Shown here: positions 1 through 14,611 of the stretch, in pieces
How the letters are laid out: every line of letters starts with the position of its first letter
Numbering within the stretch: position 1 is the stretch's first letter
NCBI RefSeq assembly: GCF_009834535.1
Contig: NC_045696.1
Location: 97,342,001 to 97,406,000, forward strand
Source: Camelus ferus
Taxonomy: Eukaryota
Direction of reading: 5' to 3'
Length of the DNA stretch: 64,000 bases
Position numbers and translations under genes: made by a program
The notes under the pieces: generated by a model
Databases searched by the model: none
What the model was told of the DNA's origin: nothing
The model's input: the letters and a program-made list of their open reading frames with translations, nothing else

Positions 1-948
1 ATAGCAAAGAATAAAATATCTAGGCATAAATTTAATGAGAAATGTTTTTCTCACATTGGTTTTGAGCTAGAATAAACTTCCTGAGTACATAAAAAAGAGA
101 GTTGAACACATGGAAGGACATACCATGTTCTTGGATAAGGAGATGTAACATCCTAAAAGTGTTAATTCTCCCTGAATTAATTTAGTTATATAATGAAATT
201 CTAATAAAAATATCATCAGGTTTTTCCAGAGCTAGACAAGTTGATTATCAAATTCCTTTGGAAGGAGAAATCAAAATCCTCATACATTGCTGGCAGGAAT
301 TTAAATGGTACAGGTACTTTGAAAAACAGTCTGGCAGTTCCTAAAAAGTTAAGCATATGATGAGCACTCTAAAGTGCATATAGATATTGAACTATAGTGC
401 TGTACACCTCAGACTTACATAATCAAAAAAAATTTTTTAAGATAAACACAGAGTTACTACATAACAATCCATTCTAGGTATACATCCAAGAGAAATGAAA
501 GTATAAGTACACACAAAACTTGTATGTGAATGTTCACAGCACTATTATTCATAATAACCAACATGTGGAATTTAGCTAAATGTCCATCAATTGATGAATG
601 GGTAAACAAAACGTGGTATGTCTAAACAATGGAAATTATTCAGCAATAAAAAAGAATAAAACTACAACATGGCCAAACCTTGAAAACATTATGCCGAGTG
701 AAAAACACCAATCACCAAAGATCACTTATTGTATGATTCCATCTATGTACAATGACCAGAAGAGACAAACTCAAAGAGACAGAAAATAGATTAGCAGTTG
801 CCTGGGGCTGGTGTTGGGGAAGAGAACGTAGGGACTAGAGAATGACTGCAAATACATACATGGTTTCTATTTGGAGTGTTGGAAAGTTGTAAAAGTAGAA
901 TGTAGTGACAGCTGCTTCCTCTCTCGCTTGCTCTCTCTCACCCTCCAC

Positions 949-979
<31 letters not shown>

Positions 980-3900
980 AAACTCTATAACTATACAGAC
1001 ATCACTGAATTTTGTATTTTAAATTGATAAATTTTATAGTATGTGAAACATATCTTAATAAAGATATAAAAAATTTGAAAGAACAAACAAGAACAGCTAA
1101 GAAAAATCTGAGAAAGAGGAGTAGGAGTGGGGGAGGGTATGCTCTAGCAGATACTAATGTATATAATAAAGCCCTGTAATGAAAAACAGTGTGGTATTGG
1201 CAGACAAAAGATAAAGAACAGAAAATTCAATTATGCATGGAAATATGGCAGTATCTCAAATGGGGTTAAGGATGAACATTTTAGGAGCACTGTTGGGATA
1301 ACTGGATGATTATTTGGAAAAAGATATAATTGGATACATTCTTCAAAGTATATATAGGATAAATTACAGACGAGCCAGAAATTTAATGTTAAAAATGAAA
1401 CCATATAAGTATAAATGCAGGTAAATTCCACTATAACCTAGAAGCAGGGGAAACTTTCCTAAGACTGAAAATGAGCAGCCCAAAGGAAAAGATTACTACA
1501 TTTGATTGCATTAAAAACCAATACCATTGGAGTACAAAAAATACCTGTAACATATAATGAACAAATGGTTAACATATCTAACAAATAAAGAGCTTCTAAA
1601 AAGAGAAGAAAATTACCAACAAGCTAATAGGGAAAATGGGCTAAAGATAGACAGTTCATTGAAAATGGCATGCAAATAGCTCTTAAGCATTTCTTAAGCA
1701 TAAAAAAGGACACTCAAATTTGCTTATAATAAGAGGAATACACATTAAAACTGCAACAACATACCATTTCTCACCTATCTGATTAGTAAAAATCTAAAAA
1801 TCTGACAATATATTTTGTTGGTGACTCTGGGGGAAAAGAGACACTTACATACTGTTGACACAACTATTATGGATGGGAATTTGGCAGTACGTAGCAAAAA
1901 TACAGATATGTTTAGCCTCTGACCTAGCAATTCCACTTCGAGGAATCGATTCCAAAGGTATACTAGCAAAAACATGGAAAGATTTCTATGTAAGGTTATT
2001 CATTATAGCACTATTTATAATAGCAAAAGACTGTAAAATTCTGATGTTCATCAACAGACAACTGGCTGATTAAACTGTAGCCTACAAAAGGAGTTCTAGG
2101 CAGCTGTTAAAAGAATGAAGAATATCTCTATTTACTTATACGGTATGATTTCCATGATATATTGTTAAGTGAAAAAAAACAAGATAGGAAATAATGTTTA
2201 TGTACTGAGGGTGGAAGATGGAGAAGACGAGATAGATATTGGCTTATAATTTTAAAAAATTAAAGAATAAACTAAACACTTAAAAAAATTATTACTTATA
2301 AGGTAAGTAATATAAGGTGAGGATGGAAAGGAATAGGGTGGACAGGATGGATGACACTCAGAAGGTGACCTTTCCTGAGTATATATTGTTTTGTTGATTC
2401 TGACTTTAAGCTTATACATAATTATAGAAGTCACAATGCGGGGGTGGTAAAAGCAATCCTTAAAATTTTAAAGCAAAATGAATCAATTAGACCTGTGTTT
2501 CCAGTTGATAGAATCAGATCACAGAAGAATTATCTCAAAGTCTTTAAAATGTGATAATCTGATTCTGTGTCCATATGATATCTTAAGAAGAGAAAGAACT
2601 CTTTTTTTTTTAATATTGGTAATAGTTTTGGTATTGTTCTTCTGAGTCTGCTGTATGTGTATTGTGTAATTAAAGAAGAAAATAAATAATTATGATGGTG
2701 TCTTCGAGCATCAAAAAATAAACTACAGATGTAAGGTCAATGAAATAGAGTAAAAATCCTATAGTCCTGAATTTAAATTGGAAGCAACAGTATCATGATT
2801 TATTGTATCTTTAAAACCATATATATTTCTTAGCTCTATTCACTGAAAAGCCCTAGAAAGAATGACAAACCCAGGAGTAATGATCACCCCCTCAGTCTCT
2901 AAATACCATGTTCAATTAAGAGGAACCAGAGCTCCTTGGAGAAATGACTGGTTCCATGTCAGGAAAAGAATGGAACAAAATGGGCCTGGAACATCTTATC
3001 AGACAGAAAACTAAGAGCAATCAAAACCTCCTAGATTCATGTAGAAAGAAATCAGGATTAAACCTGAGAAAGTTTGAAATGAGACAATGTGAACATCTAT
3101 AAAGATGATAACTGCAGTGGACTGAAGCATATTAAATAGGTTTTCACTCATGAGTTCGTTATACTTTAAATATATGTGTTAAATCATCTTTGGAAGATAC
3201 TAGCAAGCCAAATCATTTTAAAAACAGTAAATAAAGGGGAAGAATCAAGTGTTTATCCTATCTTTCCTAAACAGACTGTACATCAAAGTAATCATTTATA
3301 AGATGTGAGTTCTCTGTATAGAAGTATTTTAGCTAATAAATTAAGAAGGAATTATAAAATTAGATTAGCTGCAAATCCTAAAGAACTAATGGATCCCGAC
3401 TGATCATTAATGATTGATCACATTACAAAGAGGGAACCAAATATTATGCCTCCTGATGGAAATACATAATAACACATAAATTATTCTTGCCTTACCTATC
3501 CTCCTGGACCTCCAACTGCACTTGAATTTGAACAAACCTCTAGATCTAATTAGCTATTTACAGGGAAAACAAGTAACAAAGGAATATTCTAGGCAATACA
3601 CCAAGGATGCAGTCAGGAATGTCCAGACTGTGGTAAATTTTACAGGACAAATGATCCTGCTTCTTCAAAAAATAAATGATTAGGAAAAAAGAAAAAAGAG
3701 GCATAGCAAACTTACAGATTAAAAATAGGGTGATCACATGTCCTTATTTGCTCTGAAGTGACAATAAAGACAAACGTGTTGATATTAATGTTTACTTAAA
3801 AACAAAAGGTGAAACAATGATAATGTAGTTATATATTTTGTATATAACCGTAACCTTATCTTCTAGTGATATATTCTGAGATATTTACAGGTGGGATGAC

Positions 3901-4085
3901 AGGATACCTAGGACTTGCTTTGAAATAATCATGGTGTGGGGAAGGAAGAGTTGGGGGAACACCTGAGGCTGGACAGTCCAAACAAAACTGGCCATGAATT
4001 GATAATTTTGAAACTGAATGATCAGATTCATCATATTCATCTCTCTACTTTTAAATATGTTTGTAAGTTTCCATAATAAAAAGTA
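1..4085 (+). mobile_element. Nested old L1 fragments: an L1MC/MD-like element, interrupted at about 270-1075 by an L1MB-like 3' end, itself holding a short L1 3' tip at about 358-440
   Basis: Degraded ORF2 motifs (cataccatgttcttggata; aatgttcacagcactattattcataata) and L1M-type 3' termini ending near 1070 and 4082. A (CT)n(AT)n tract lies at about 915-978. Confidence 0.75.
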
Positions 4086-4170
4086 GAGTAAATTAAAGTG
4101 TAGGTAGGCAGGCAGGCAGACAGACTGACCAACAAGCCAGCCAGCAGATAGATGAAGCAGACAGTATGCG

Positions 4171-4437
4171 CAGGTCTACAATCCCTCATGCACAGGTCTG
4201 AAACCTAAAAAGCTTTAAAAAGTAATGTTTGCAATTCCTTTGATGGTCAACCTGAACTGAACTGACATGATAAAATACTCATACATTCATTGCAGAGAGA
4301 TATATATAATTTGTTCAATTATGGGATGCTGCCTCAAATCCTATTGGGACTGTTACTTAACTTTTAAAAATCTGAAAGTGTTTCAATTCCATAATACATC
4401 TGTCCCCAAGAGTTGGGATAGCGATTTTGTGGACTTG
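4171..4437. mobile_element. Tigger-type (TcMar) non-autonomous DNA transposon
   Basis: Imperfect terminal inverted repeats caggtctacaatccctcat ... atagcgattttgtggacttg, followed by TA. Confidence 0.6.
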
Positions 4438-5029
4438 TATTAACATGGAAAGGGTCTAAATATTAAGTAAATAAAGTATGTTACAAAAGTACTAGGTATT
4501 CTATGGTACTATTTTAATGAGCACATTATCACTAATTAATGTCAGCATTCAAATACAGAGGAAAAAATTAAAAACTTTTTAAAAACAGTAGCTGTTGTTA
4601 GAGAATAGCATCATAGGGACTTTCATTTAAACATTTTATATTTCTGGAATTTTCCATATTTTACCAGCAAGTATATATTACTTTTTAATTTAAAAAGTGT
4701 GACTTTATAATTAAAAACAAAAAAAAAATACTCTTTAAAACACATACTAAAATACATAGAATTTTTCTAAATGATGGAATATCAAGGTAAAAGCAAGTGG
4801 TAGTTCTCCCTTCCTATCAATTACACAAATCTGGCTGATAAAATAGCACCCTGCTTAACTATTCTTCATATAACATCCAAAATTAATTCCCTAACTTAGT
4901 AAAAATGTTCTGAGCATAAAATATGTGAACAGTATTTTAAATATCAAAACCATATAGGGAAAAATGACAAAAACCATTTAAACAGAAAACCTCTCCCCGT
5001 CCTTTTTATTCATATTCAGCCTCAAATAT

Positions 5030-5230
5030 TTGTGGATATTTTCCCCTCCTAAATATTAGAACTGAATTTCATTGTGCCAATTTCCCCTTTTGGCAAATGT
5101 AAATAGTAAGAGATAATAGTAACGTCTAGAGGGTTGTTGTGAGAATTAAATGTAACAAATGTAAAAGCATTGCTTTCATGAGTGCCTGGCACTTGCTAAA
5201 TCCTTCATAAATACTACTGCTTTATTATTA
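5030..5230 (+). mobile_element. MIR SINE fragment
   Basis: MIR core and 3' motifs: agggttgttgtgagaattaaatg, gtgcctggcac. Confidence 0.65.
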
Positions 5231-5850
5231 ATATTGTTACTGTTCTTCTTAGTCAGAAGTCTGTTCCTGTCCACTGTTTTGGGGATCTGTTTCATGGAAG
5301 AAGCTCTGAAGTGTGAATTGCACTGTTTTCTATATTAGATGAGACAGTTGTGCCTTAAGTTATAGTTTATATGTTACTTTAGTAATGAGATTTGGGGGCG
5401 AATTCCATATAAAAGTTTTAAATTCCAAGTGAAACTTTTTAAACTTAAAAACAATTTTTTTGTCTTTGTAGAAGTTAGTTACTTACCATACTGTGTTTTG
5501 AATTCTTTATTTATAAAATATTTCTTTTAATAAAATACAAATACGTCAATGAAAAGTATCATATAAATATAAATCACAATGCTTCTAAATACCAATGATT
5601 TAATTAAACTATAAATGGGAAAGTTTGGTTATCTTTTAGCAACATGGGTGCCTTAATCTCTCTAGCATAAATTTATTTTCAATATGTAATTATACACAGG
5701 AAATACTATAATAAGTATTAAAACCATAACTTAAGAAGAGATAATTTAGTACAAGAGAATACAGTCTGAAACAACTAATATTACACGATTTTACTCTACT
5801 ACAAAGAATAATTTTAAGCTACATGATTTTTTTTTGTATCTATTACTTAC

Positions 5851-5941
5851 CCTTTTTCATATGTGAATTCATCTTTCAGGGAATTAGCTGATGATTCGCC
5901 AATAAAGACAGATGGAATGTCAATTTTCTTTAGCACCTCAA
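5851..5941 (-). CDS. RNF13: RNF13 exon 6, aa 137-167 (end of PA domain)
   Basis: Acceptor gttttatacag; 91 nt encode (I)EVLKKIDIPSVFIGESSANSLKDEFTYEK(G); donor agg|gtaagt; phase 1-2, matching exon 5. Confidence 0.97.
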
Positions 5942-7769
5942 CTGTATAAAACAATAATAAAATTATTCTTTAAAGCCCATACTTAGTGTACAATCAACTT
6001 TCTTCATAATAGCAGCAAATGCAACTGGAAACAATTACAATCAACTTGAATTTTCTTCTGGTTGATTTCCAGATTGCAGATTTATACCACCATCAATATA
6101 GTTGAGAAACATTATTACATTTACAATAATGAAAGCTAACATTTTGCATTATATGTATTACTGCAGTATCTCAATAATCCTATGAAACTGAAATATAATT
6201 CTTATTTTGAATAGTTCCATTTGATTTATTCCTCTACAGGCATGATTGACTATTAGTAAAAGAAAAATGTAAAGTTTTCTTTCCACTCATAACTTAATTC
6301 CTAAACAAAAAAGTGAAAAAGCTTTTTTTACATACCCAATCCCAGGAAAGGTGTAAGCCAAAGAATGTAAGAAAAGACCATTTTACAACAGTCTGAAAAA
6401 TAACACCACACATCTAAGACTTTTCAGAGTGAAGAGCTGAGAGGAGTTCAGGAAGGGTATAGGATAGGGAAGCTGGGTAAATTTCTACTTCCTCCTGAGC
6501 CTGAAATTCATGGTGAAGCTTTGTGTTTTGATTGCTGTCTTAAGAAATTTGACTTTTACATCTATATTAAAAAAAACAAAATCAAATGCCAACAAAAAAA
6601 GACCTTTGTAAAAATTACCCACTACTCATGAAGTAAAATAAAAACAATCCTCTTGCTGTTACTATTTTAAAAAGCAGCCATATTTTTATAGCTTGAGTTA
6701 ACTGAACAGATTTGGCTTTAGAGAAAGTCTATTTGTTTTCTTTTGTTATGCTTTTCACAATAACTCTGTTTTACATTTCTTTAAAAAACACATATTTATT
6801 ATTTATTTAAAAGGGGGGTAGATACAAGTAAACAGGAAGAAAACTGAACACAACCATAATTCTTCCTAACCAAAGACAAAGCTTTTATTTGAAGTAACAT
6901 AAACAGTTCTAGAAGCTTCAACAAATACATACAACAATAATGTAACCACCATGACAAGATATAAAATGGTTTATCATTCCTCCAAATTCTCTCAAGCCTC
7001 TTTACAATCAACCCCTCCCCCAGCCTCAGCAACCACTGATGTATTTTTCTTTCTTATAAAGACAAGTTTTAAAGTCTTAAAATCTTGGTATCCTTAGCAG
7101 AGTAAATTTTTTTCACTTTCAGATTGTTTTGATTTATGCAAACGTAATCATTTGTTCCACACGTTCTGTTTTTCTCTCTCTCAAACACACACACAGACAC
7201 ATAGACGCAGAACACACACACACACAGAGCCCATATCATATAAGCCCCAGGAAGGAAGGAACCAAAATGGTTAGTTAAGGAATATTTAACCACTATTTTT
7301 ATATTAATGAGATCAATAAATATTTAAATTTTTATATTAATGGGATCATCAAATAATGGGAGAAAGTGTAGGCTTTTTTCCCAATCAATAGGATAACTCA
7401 GATATCCTGTCATGTCAATGAATAAAAATCCAATCTCATCATTTCTAATAGCTGCAGAGGTACTGTTATATAACCATGTATATTTCAGGGAGATATTTTC
7501 TATCATGCTAAGAGATCTTTCTCTTTCATATATCAGTTTAAAATTTAGTTTATTTAATAATTAAAACTTGGAATTGTATACCCTTTGTAAAATATTTTAC
7601 TCTTCCATGAAGATACTCCCATAAACTCAAAGAGGAACTTTTTGCATGTAACTACTGGCTTGTAATTATTGGAAGTAATATAACTTCCTTGAGTTATGGT
7701 ATCTAAAGAGATGTAAAAAGCTCCTCACTTTAGTCAGAAGATTAAGAAGGGAGAAAAGGATGCATGCAG

Positions 7770-9420
7770 CCCCTATAAAATCACCAATCGCATTTTTCAC
7801 AGAACTCAAACAAAAAAATTAAAATTTGTATGGAAACACAAGAGACTCTGAATAGCCAAAACAATCTTGAGAAAGGAAGTGAAGGAATCATGCTCCTGAC
7901 CTAAGACTATACTATAAAACTATAGTAATCAAAACAGCATGGTACGGACACAAAAACAAACTCATGGATCAATGGAACAGGACAGAAAGCCCAGAAATAA
8001 ATCCACACACTTATGGTCAATTAATCTATAACAAAGGAGGCAAGAATATACAATGGGGAAAAGACAGTCTCTTCAGTAAGTGGTGCTGGGAAAACTGGAC
8101 AGCTACATGTAGAAGAATGAAATTAGAAAATTCTCTAACACCATATTAAAAATAAACTCAAAGAATTAAAAGCCTAAATATAAGATCAGATACTATAAAA
8201 TTCCTAGAGGAAAATATGGGCAGAACACTCTTTGACATAAACTTGCAGTAATTTTTTTTGGATCTATCTCCTACAGTAATGTAAACAAAAGCAAAAATAA
8301 ATGAATGGGACCTAATTAAACTTAAAAGCTTTTGCACAGCAAAGGATACCATAAACAAAATAAAAAGACAACTTACAGAATGGGAGAAAATATTTGCAAA
8401 TGATGAGACCGACAAGGGCTTAATTTCCAAAATATACAAACAATTTACATAGCTCAATATCAAAAAAACAAACAACCCAATCAAACCTAAATAGACTATT
8501 TCTCCAAATAAGAAATATAGATGGCCAATAGGCACATGAAAAGATGCTTAATATAGTTAATTATTAGAGAAATGCAAATAGGAACTATAATGAGGTACCA
8601 CCTCACACAGGTCAGAATGGACATCATCAAAAAACCTACAAATCATGAACACTGGAGAGGGTGTGGAGATAAGGGAACCTTCTTACACTGCTGGTGGGAA
8701 TGTAAATTGGTGCAGCCACTATGAAGAACAGTATGGAAGCTCCTTAAAAAACTAAAAGTAGAGTTACAATCCCACTCCTGGGTATATACTGGAAGAATAC
8801 TCTAATTCAAAAAGATACATGCACCCCAATGTTCAGAGTAGCACTATTTACAACAGCCAAGACATGGAAGCAATCTAAATGTCCACATTTAGATAAATGG
8901 ATAAAGTTATGTGGGATGTGTGTGTGTCTACACACACAACGGAATATTACTCAGTCATAAAAAATGAAATAATACCATTTGAAGCAACATAGATAGACCT
9001 AGAGATTATCATACTAAGTGAAGTAAGTCAGACAGAGAAAGACAAATAGCATATGATACCCCTTAGATGTGGAATCTAAAATATGATATAAATGAGCCTA
9101 TTTACAAAACAGGAAGTAGACTTACAGACATAGATAACAAACTCGTGGTTACCAAAGGGGAAATGGAGGGGGCAGGGGTTTGGGAATTGGGGATTAACAG
9201 ACATACAACTACTATATATAAAACAGATAAACAACAAGAATCTACTGTATAGCACGAGGAACTATATTTAATATTTTATAATAACCTTCAATGAAAAAGA
9301 ATCTGAAAAAGAATATAAAGAATATATTTATGTATAATTGAATCACTTTGCTGTACACGTAAAACACTGTAAATCAACTATACTTCAATTAAAAATTAAA
9401 AATAAATTAAAAAAAGAAAA
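7770..9420 (+). mobile_element. 5'-truncated L1 (cetartiodactyl type), ORF2 3' part and 3' UTR
   Basis: The ORF at 7964-8149 ([45 protein letters not shown]) is L1 ORF2p. The 3' UTR ends in aatcaactatacttcaatt plus an A-rich tail. Confidence 0.93.
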
Positions 9421-9619
9421 TAATGTAGGCAAATATGCATATCCATCTTGGAGATTTTATAATATCATTTATCTACTGAAAATAAAACCAAATATGTTTT
9501 AGTTCACTAAATACTTTAAAAACACTAAATTGTAATTCTGATCCATAAAACAGCTCTGTGAAGTATATTCTGCCAAGTAGTATTATCACATCACAGACAG
9601 ATTATAATTTAAATGGCCA

Positions 9620-10458
9620 GCCCCAACCTCTCCAGATTTATGTACCTAATTGCCTATTCAATATCTCCATCATTTGATCGACTAATAGATGTTTCAAACA
9701 TTATTTCTCAAACAGAACTCTCAATGTCTCTTTCCCTAATCAACTCTACTCCTACTCTTTCTCATCTTTGTAAAAAGCATAACTATTCACCTAGTTTCTC
9801 AGGTTAAAAATCTTGGAGTTCTTGACTCTCCTTCCTTTATTCCTTATATCAAACCCTATCAACTTCAAAATACATCCATAATTCTATCACTTCTCATTAC
9901 AGTCACTACTAACACTCCAAATTACCATCACCTCTTGCCCAGCTGCTGCAGCTACATTCTAACTGGTCTCTCAGTTGGCACTCTTGCCCATCTTTCACCT
10001 TCAGTCTATTTTTAAAGAACAACCAAAGTGATCCTTTTAAAATGTGTCACCTCACACCTCTGTTTAAAACCTACATAAAACAAATTCCAAAGTCCTACGA
10101 GACCCAACATGATCTAGCCAGTGGCTCCCTTTCTAATCCTCATTACCTGCAACTCTATCTCACTCCCTTGTTCACTCTATTCCAGCCACTGTGGTTTTCT
10201 GCCACACCTTGAAAACACCAAGTATGCTTTATCTTTGAGCCTTTGCATTTGCTTGCTGTTCCCTTTCCTTGGAATATCCTCTTCCAGAAATCTGTGTGGC
10301 TCAGCCTCTCACTTTAGACCTATGCTCAAATGTCAGAGCTTCAGAGAAATGTTCTCTGCCCCAATGTTCACAGCAGCACTATTTACAATAGCCGAGATAT
10401 GGAAGCAACCTACATGTCCACCAACAGATGACTGGATAAAGAAGATGTGGTATGTGTG

Positions 10459-10495
<37 letters not shown>

Positions 10496-10500
10496 GTGTG

Positions 10501-10539
<39 letters not shown>

Positions 10540-11120
10540 GGAATACTACACGGCATAAAAAATAAAATAATGCCATTTGCAGCAGTATGGACAGACCTGG
10601 AGATTGTCATTTTAAGTGAAGTAAGTCAGAAAGAGAAAGAAAAATACCATATCATATCACTTATATGTGGAATCTAAAAAAAGGACACAAACAAACTTAC
10701 CTACAAAACAAACAGACTCACAGACAGAAACACAAACTTATGGTTACCAGTGGGCAAATGGGGTGGGAAGGGATAAACTGGGAACTTGAAATGTGCACCT
10801 TTTGGGAAGTGACGGAAATGTTAGCTATCTTTATTGTGGTGGTGGTTTCATTGGTGTATATATCTATCAAAATTCATCAACTTGTACAACTGAAATATGT
10901 GTAGTTTACTGTACAGGAATTATACCACAATAAAGGTGTTTAAAAAAAAGAAATATTCTCTGATCATTCTATCAAAAACAGCCATCCTCCTCTCACTCCT
11001 GTCACTCTGTATCCCTTTAACCTGGCATGTTTTTCTCCACAGCACTTACCACTACTTGACGTATAACATACCTCTTTGCTTATGTGTTCATTTTCTCTCC
11101 CACAACAGAATGCAATAATA
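9620..11120 (-). mobile_element. L2 LINE fragment split by the L1 at 10359-10948
   Basis: Pyrimidine-rich L2 motifs (aaatcttggagttcttgactctcc; ctctattccagccact; tttctccacagcacttaccac) continue across the L1. Confidence 0.75.
10359..10948 (+). mobile_element. 5'-truncated L1 3' end with target-site duplication and an internal (TATG/TG)n microsatellite
   Basis: ORF2 C-terminus PMFTAALFTIAEIWKQPTCP. TSD agaaatgttctctg (10345-10358) / agaaatattctctg (10949-10962). aataaa plus A-tail. Confidence 0.92.
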
Positions 11121-11139
11121 ATAATGACAGCAGTAATAA

Positions 11140-11395
11140 TACTAGCAGCTAAATAACCCTCGAATGACTACTAAGAACGAGGCAGTCTTCTAGATGTTTT
11201 ATATGTCGTCAACAACAACGTAATGAATGAAGTACTATTATCATCCCCATCTTACAGATCAGAAAAACTGAGGCACTGAGATGTTAGGTAACATTCCCAA
11301 AGTCACACAGGTAGTAGGTGGTCGAGCTGGGATTCAAATCTTGTAAGGCACTACCCAGAAGCCACACTTTTAACCACTGCCATTCTGCTACCTCA
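11140..11395 (-). mobile_element. MIR SINE
   Basis: ccccatcttacagat..gaaaaactgaggcac..gttaggtaa..cccaaagtcacacag..gagctgggattcaaa. Confidence 0.8.
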
Positions 11396-13269
11396 ATGAA
11401 AAGTATGAGCAAAGCCTTAAAGCTGTATTATTTTCTGCTGTAGTCATGATGCCTAAAACAGAACTTAATGCAGAGCAGGCTGTCAAAAAATATTTGCGGA
11501 AGGAAGAAAGTAAGGAAAAAGGGAGAAGAAACAAATCCAGACATATTGATAACTTACTCTGATCATACAGTTAGGAATTTGCACAGCCTAGACTCAAACC
11601 TGAGGCTCTGATTCCTAATGTTGGCTCTTCCCACTCTGCCGTGGAAGGGTTTCCTCATTCCACTGCCTTTCATATGATCTTTACGATCTTGTCAAGTCAA
11701 ATAAAAATTAAAATCATTCACCCTTTTACAGATGAAAATAAAGGGCCAGGAAAGGTTAGTAAATTTTCCAGCAGCACAGGTTAGTTCATATATATCATCT
11801 AGCCTGGAATAAACCACATTTCCTGGTCTTGGAGTTTGTGTTTTCCCCACCACATTATTCTGCCCCTGAAGATGACAAATGTGACTGGCTCACTGTCCTA
11901 GCTGAAATGAAAACAGACACATTCCTGTGTGAAATGTTGGCAACAAGGGGCCTTTAAAACTTTCTTTTGTTTCCATATATTAGATCCTCTGCTCTGTTCC
12001 TTGTGGCTATGATCTAAGTCTAAAAAAGAGGGATAGATATATACTTCTTTTAATAAATCCACGCTTTCTTTTCCTCTACCAAGTAACAGCAAAGATAAAA
12101 ATGGTAAAGATCTTTACAACATGTGCTGGAAATATGAAATGTTCCAACTTACACATACTCAAGGATGGAGTAAAATGTTACAGAAAGTAATCCAAGTAAT
12201 AAAGTCAGGAACCAAAATTCTAAGCAATCTTTGAAATATAGTAACTCAGCTGGAATATTTCCATAGCAACAACAGAATTATATGGTATGTGCCACTTTTA
12301 ATATTTTCTCTACTTTCTTTAGGAACTGACATGATTATCACAGAAAAGGTTTTATTACAAAAACAAAACTGGTGTTAAAGGGAACTGACACTTCCAGCTT
12401 GCAAAATTTTTATTAAAAGCATGTCAAAAGAGTAAACAGTTTACAAAAACTAATCAGTTTATCCAACCCAAACCCCTTGAGAAGTCTTGAGGGTTGCTAA
12501 ACCCTGGGCCCAGGCCTTCAGCAAAACACACAAAGAGTAAGTAACTTGCTCAAAATCATACAGCCAATACAAGTAGGAGCTTAGGTTTGAATTCAGGCCT
12601 ATTTTTAGAGTATGTATGCTTTCCATTTTGCCAAGTATTGTATACAGGTCACATAAGTGACTCACATGGGAGGTATCACGTGGGCTAGTAAATTTTTCTT
12701 TAAAGGAGATGATTAAAGGAGAAGAAGGAAAATGTGTCAAATCTGCACTACCAAAAGTACTAGTCTACTGGGTAAGTAACATCCCTTCATCGGTTCCTCT
12801 GATTCCTAAGCAGTGGTTGTCAAACTTTTTGAGAAATGCCAGAACTTCTTAAGGGTACTTCATGAATTCTGCAATTACGAATTAGTTAGCTGGAAAATTA
12901 AAATGATAATTTAAAATATAAAGAAATTAACTAAGGAATTTATTACTTAGTTTTATTCTTTATATATATTTTTGTAATTTTGCCCCAGATTATACTAAGG
13001 GTAAGAAGGAAAAAAGTTCAACTCAACAACAACAAAAAATACTGTCTCATGTTATAAAAAGATTTTTTTTGGTCAAGGAATCCAAAATACTTCACATTGA
13101 GGATGTAGCTATTTAAAGTCCTAAATACATTCCAGTGGAGTATATCAGTACATAGCTTTATATCTGTTCTTTGCTCCAAGATCTTTCTTGCATGTATGAC
13201 TCAATACAACTTAAAACAAGAGGTATTACGGTTATATACTAAAAGAAAAACAAAAATAAAATAATCATG

Positions 13270-13985
13270 AATGTTGGCAGTGTATTTAGTGTATTTTGGG
13301 TTCTGAACCCAATTGCCAGTATGTGTGGGGATCTTCCCTGCACCATCAAGCAACTCAGCTCAATTCTGATATTATTTCCCAGGAGACAGCATCAGATTCC
13401 ACAGGTTAACGGTTTAGTCTCACAAGAATCCCCAACCCCCACTTCAGACACCAGTGGCCAGTCCAAGTTGTCACCTGTGTTTCTGACTCACCAACTATAG
13501 ACTGAAGGGTCCAACAACCCTTACCCCATGGGTTCAATAAATCTGTGAGAGCAGCTCACAGAACTCAGAGAAACATTTTACTTACTAGATTACCAGCTCA
13601 TTATGAAAAGATGTAACTCAGGAACAACCAAATGAAAGAGACGTATAGGGCAAAGTAAACGGGAAGGGATATGGAGGTTCCATGTCCTCTTCAGGAGCTC
13701 AGTGCTCCTAGCACCTCTATGCTTCCACCAACTCTGAAGCTCTCTGAGCCTATCCTTCTGGGTTTTTAATTAGGCTTCATTATATATGCATGATTGATTA
13801 AACCACTGGACACTGGAGATCACTCAACCTCCAGTCCCTTGCCCCTTCTCTGAGATCAGGGTGTGGGACGGAAAATTCCAACCCTCTAATCACATGGTTA
13901 GTTCTAACAAACAGCCCCCAGCCTTTGGTGTGGTCCTAAAGTAGCCTTATTAACCCAACAAAAGACACTTTTGTCACTCTCACTA
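13270..13985 (-). mobile_element. Solo LTR, MER21-like
   Basis: Motifs cagattccacaggtt, ccccacttcagacaccag, gagcagctcacagaactcagagaaacattttactta and gcatgattgattaaa recalled from the MER21 group. Confidence 0.7.
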
Positions 13986-14611
13986 AATTGAGTGAAAGCA
14001 CCTATCTTAAAAGTCACTATCTGATTAAAGCCAGTTATTTCATTAAAATTGGCACATTTTCCCTTCAAGCTAATATTTAGTAAAGAATAAGGAAAGATAT
14101 TCCCATTTTGAATGAAAAGCTATAGGCATGCCAATGTATGTTAAGGGGCTAACAATAATCAACTGGTGGTATAAGAAAGCACAAGTATGGGCTTTGAAAT
14201 TCTACAAGAATACAGTAGCTACTCAGTACATCTGCATATCCTAAAATTAATGTTGTGAATCCCTAAATAAACCACAAAAATTCTCCTATGGCATTCCTAA
14301 CTCAATATGATTATCTCTATTTAAAGCCTGGTTTTCCTTTGATTTTTACCAAAATATCAACGGATCCTATAAAATGAAACACATAGGTTAAAACAACAAC
14401 AATGACAACTAACTGTTCCAGAAAGAACAAGTCAATTCCACTTCTGTTGTGAACAAAGTTGTCCTAAGAGGATTAAGAATTGGGAATTATCTTTCTGACA
14501 GAGAAGAAATCTTGCTTTTTAAACAGAAAATGAAAGAAGAGAAATTCTGTCAAGTTTTAGTTTCGAATGATCAGTCAAACAGGAGAGAAGAAAAGTGATA
14601 CCTGTACTTAC

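Noticed and set aside
7752..9431. TSD for the L1 at 7770-9420 (agaaaaggatgcatgca / agaaaataatgtaggca)
   Set aside because: Only 13/17 identity in A-rich sequence, too weak to assert.
10379..10677. His/Thr-rich or Val/Cys/Tyr-rich proteins
   Set aside because: These are translations of a (TATG)n(TG)n microsatellite inside an L1.
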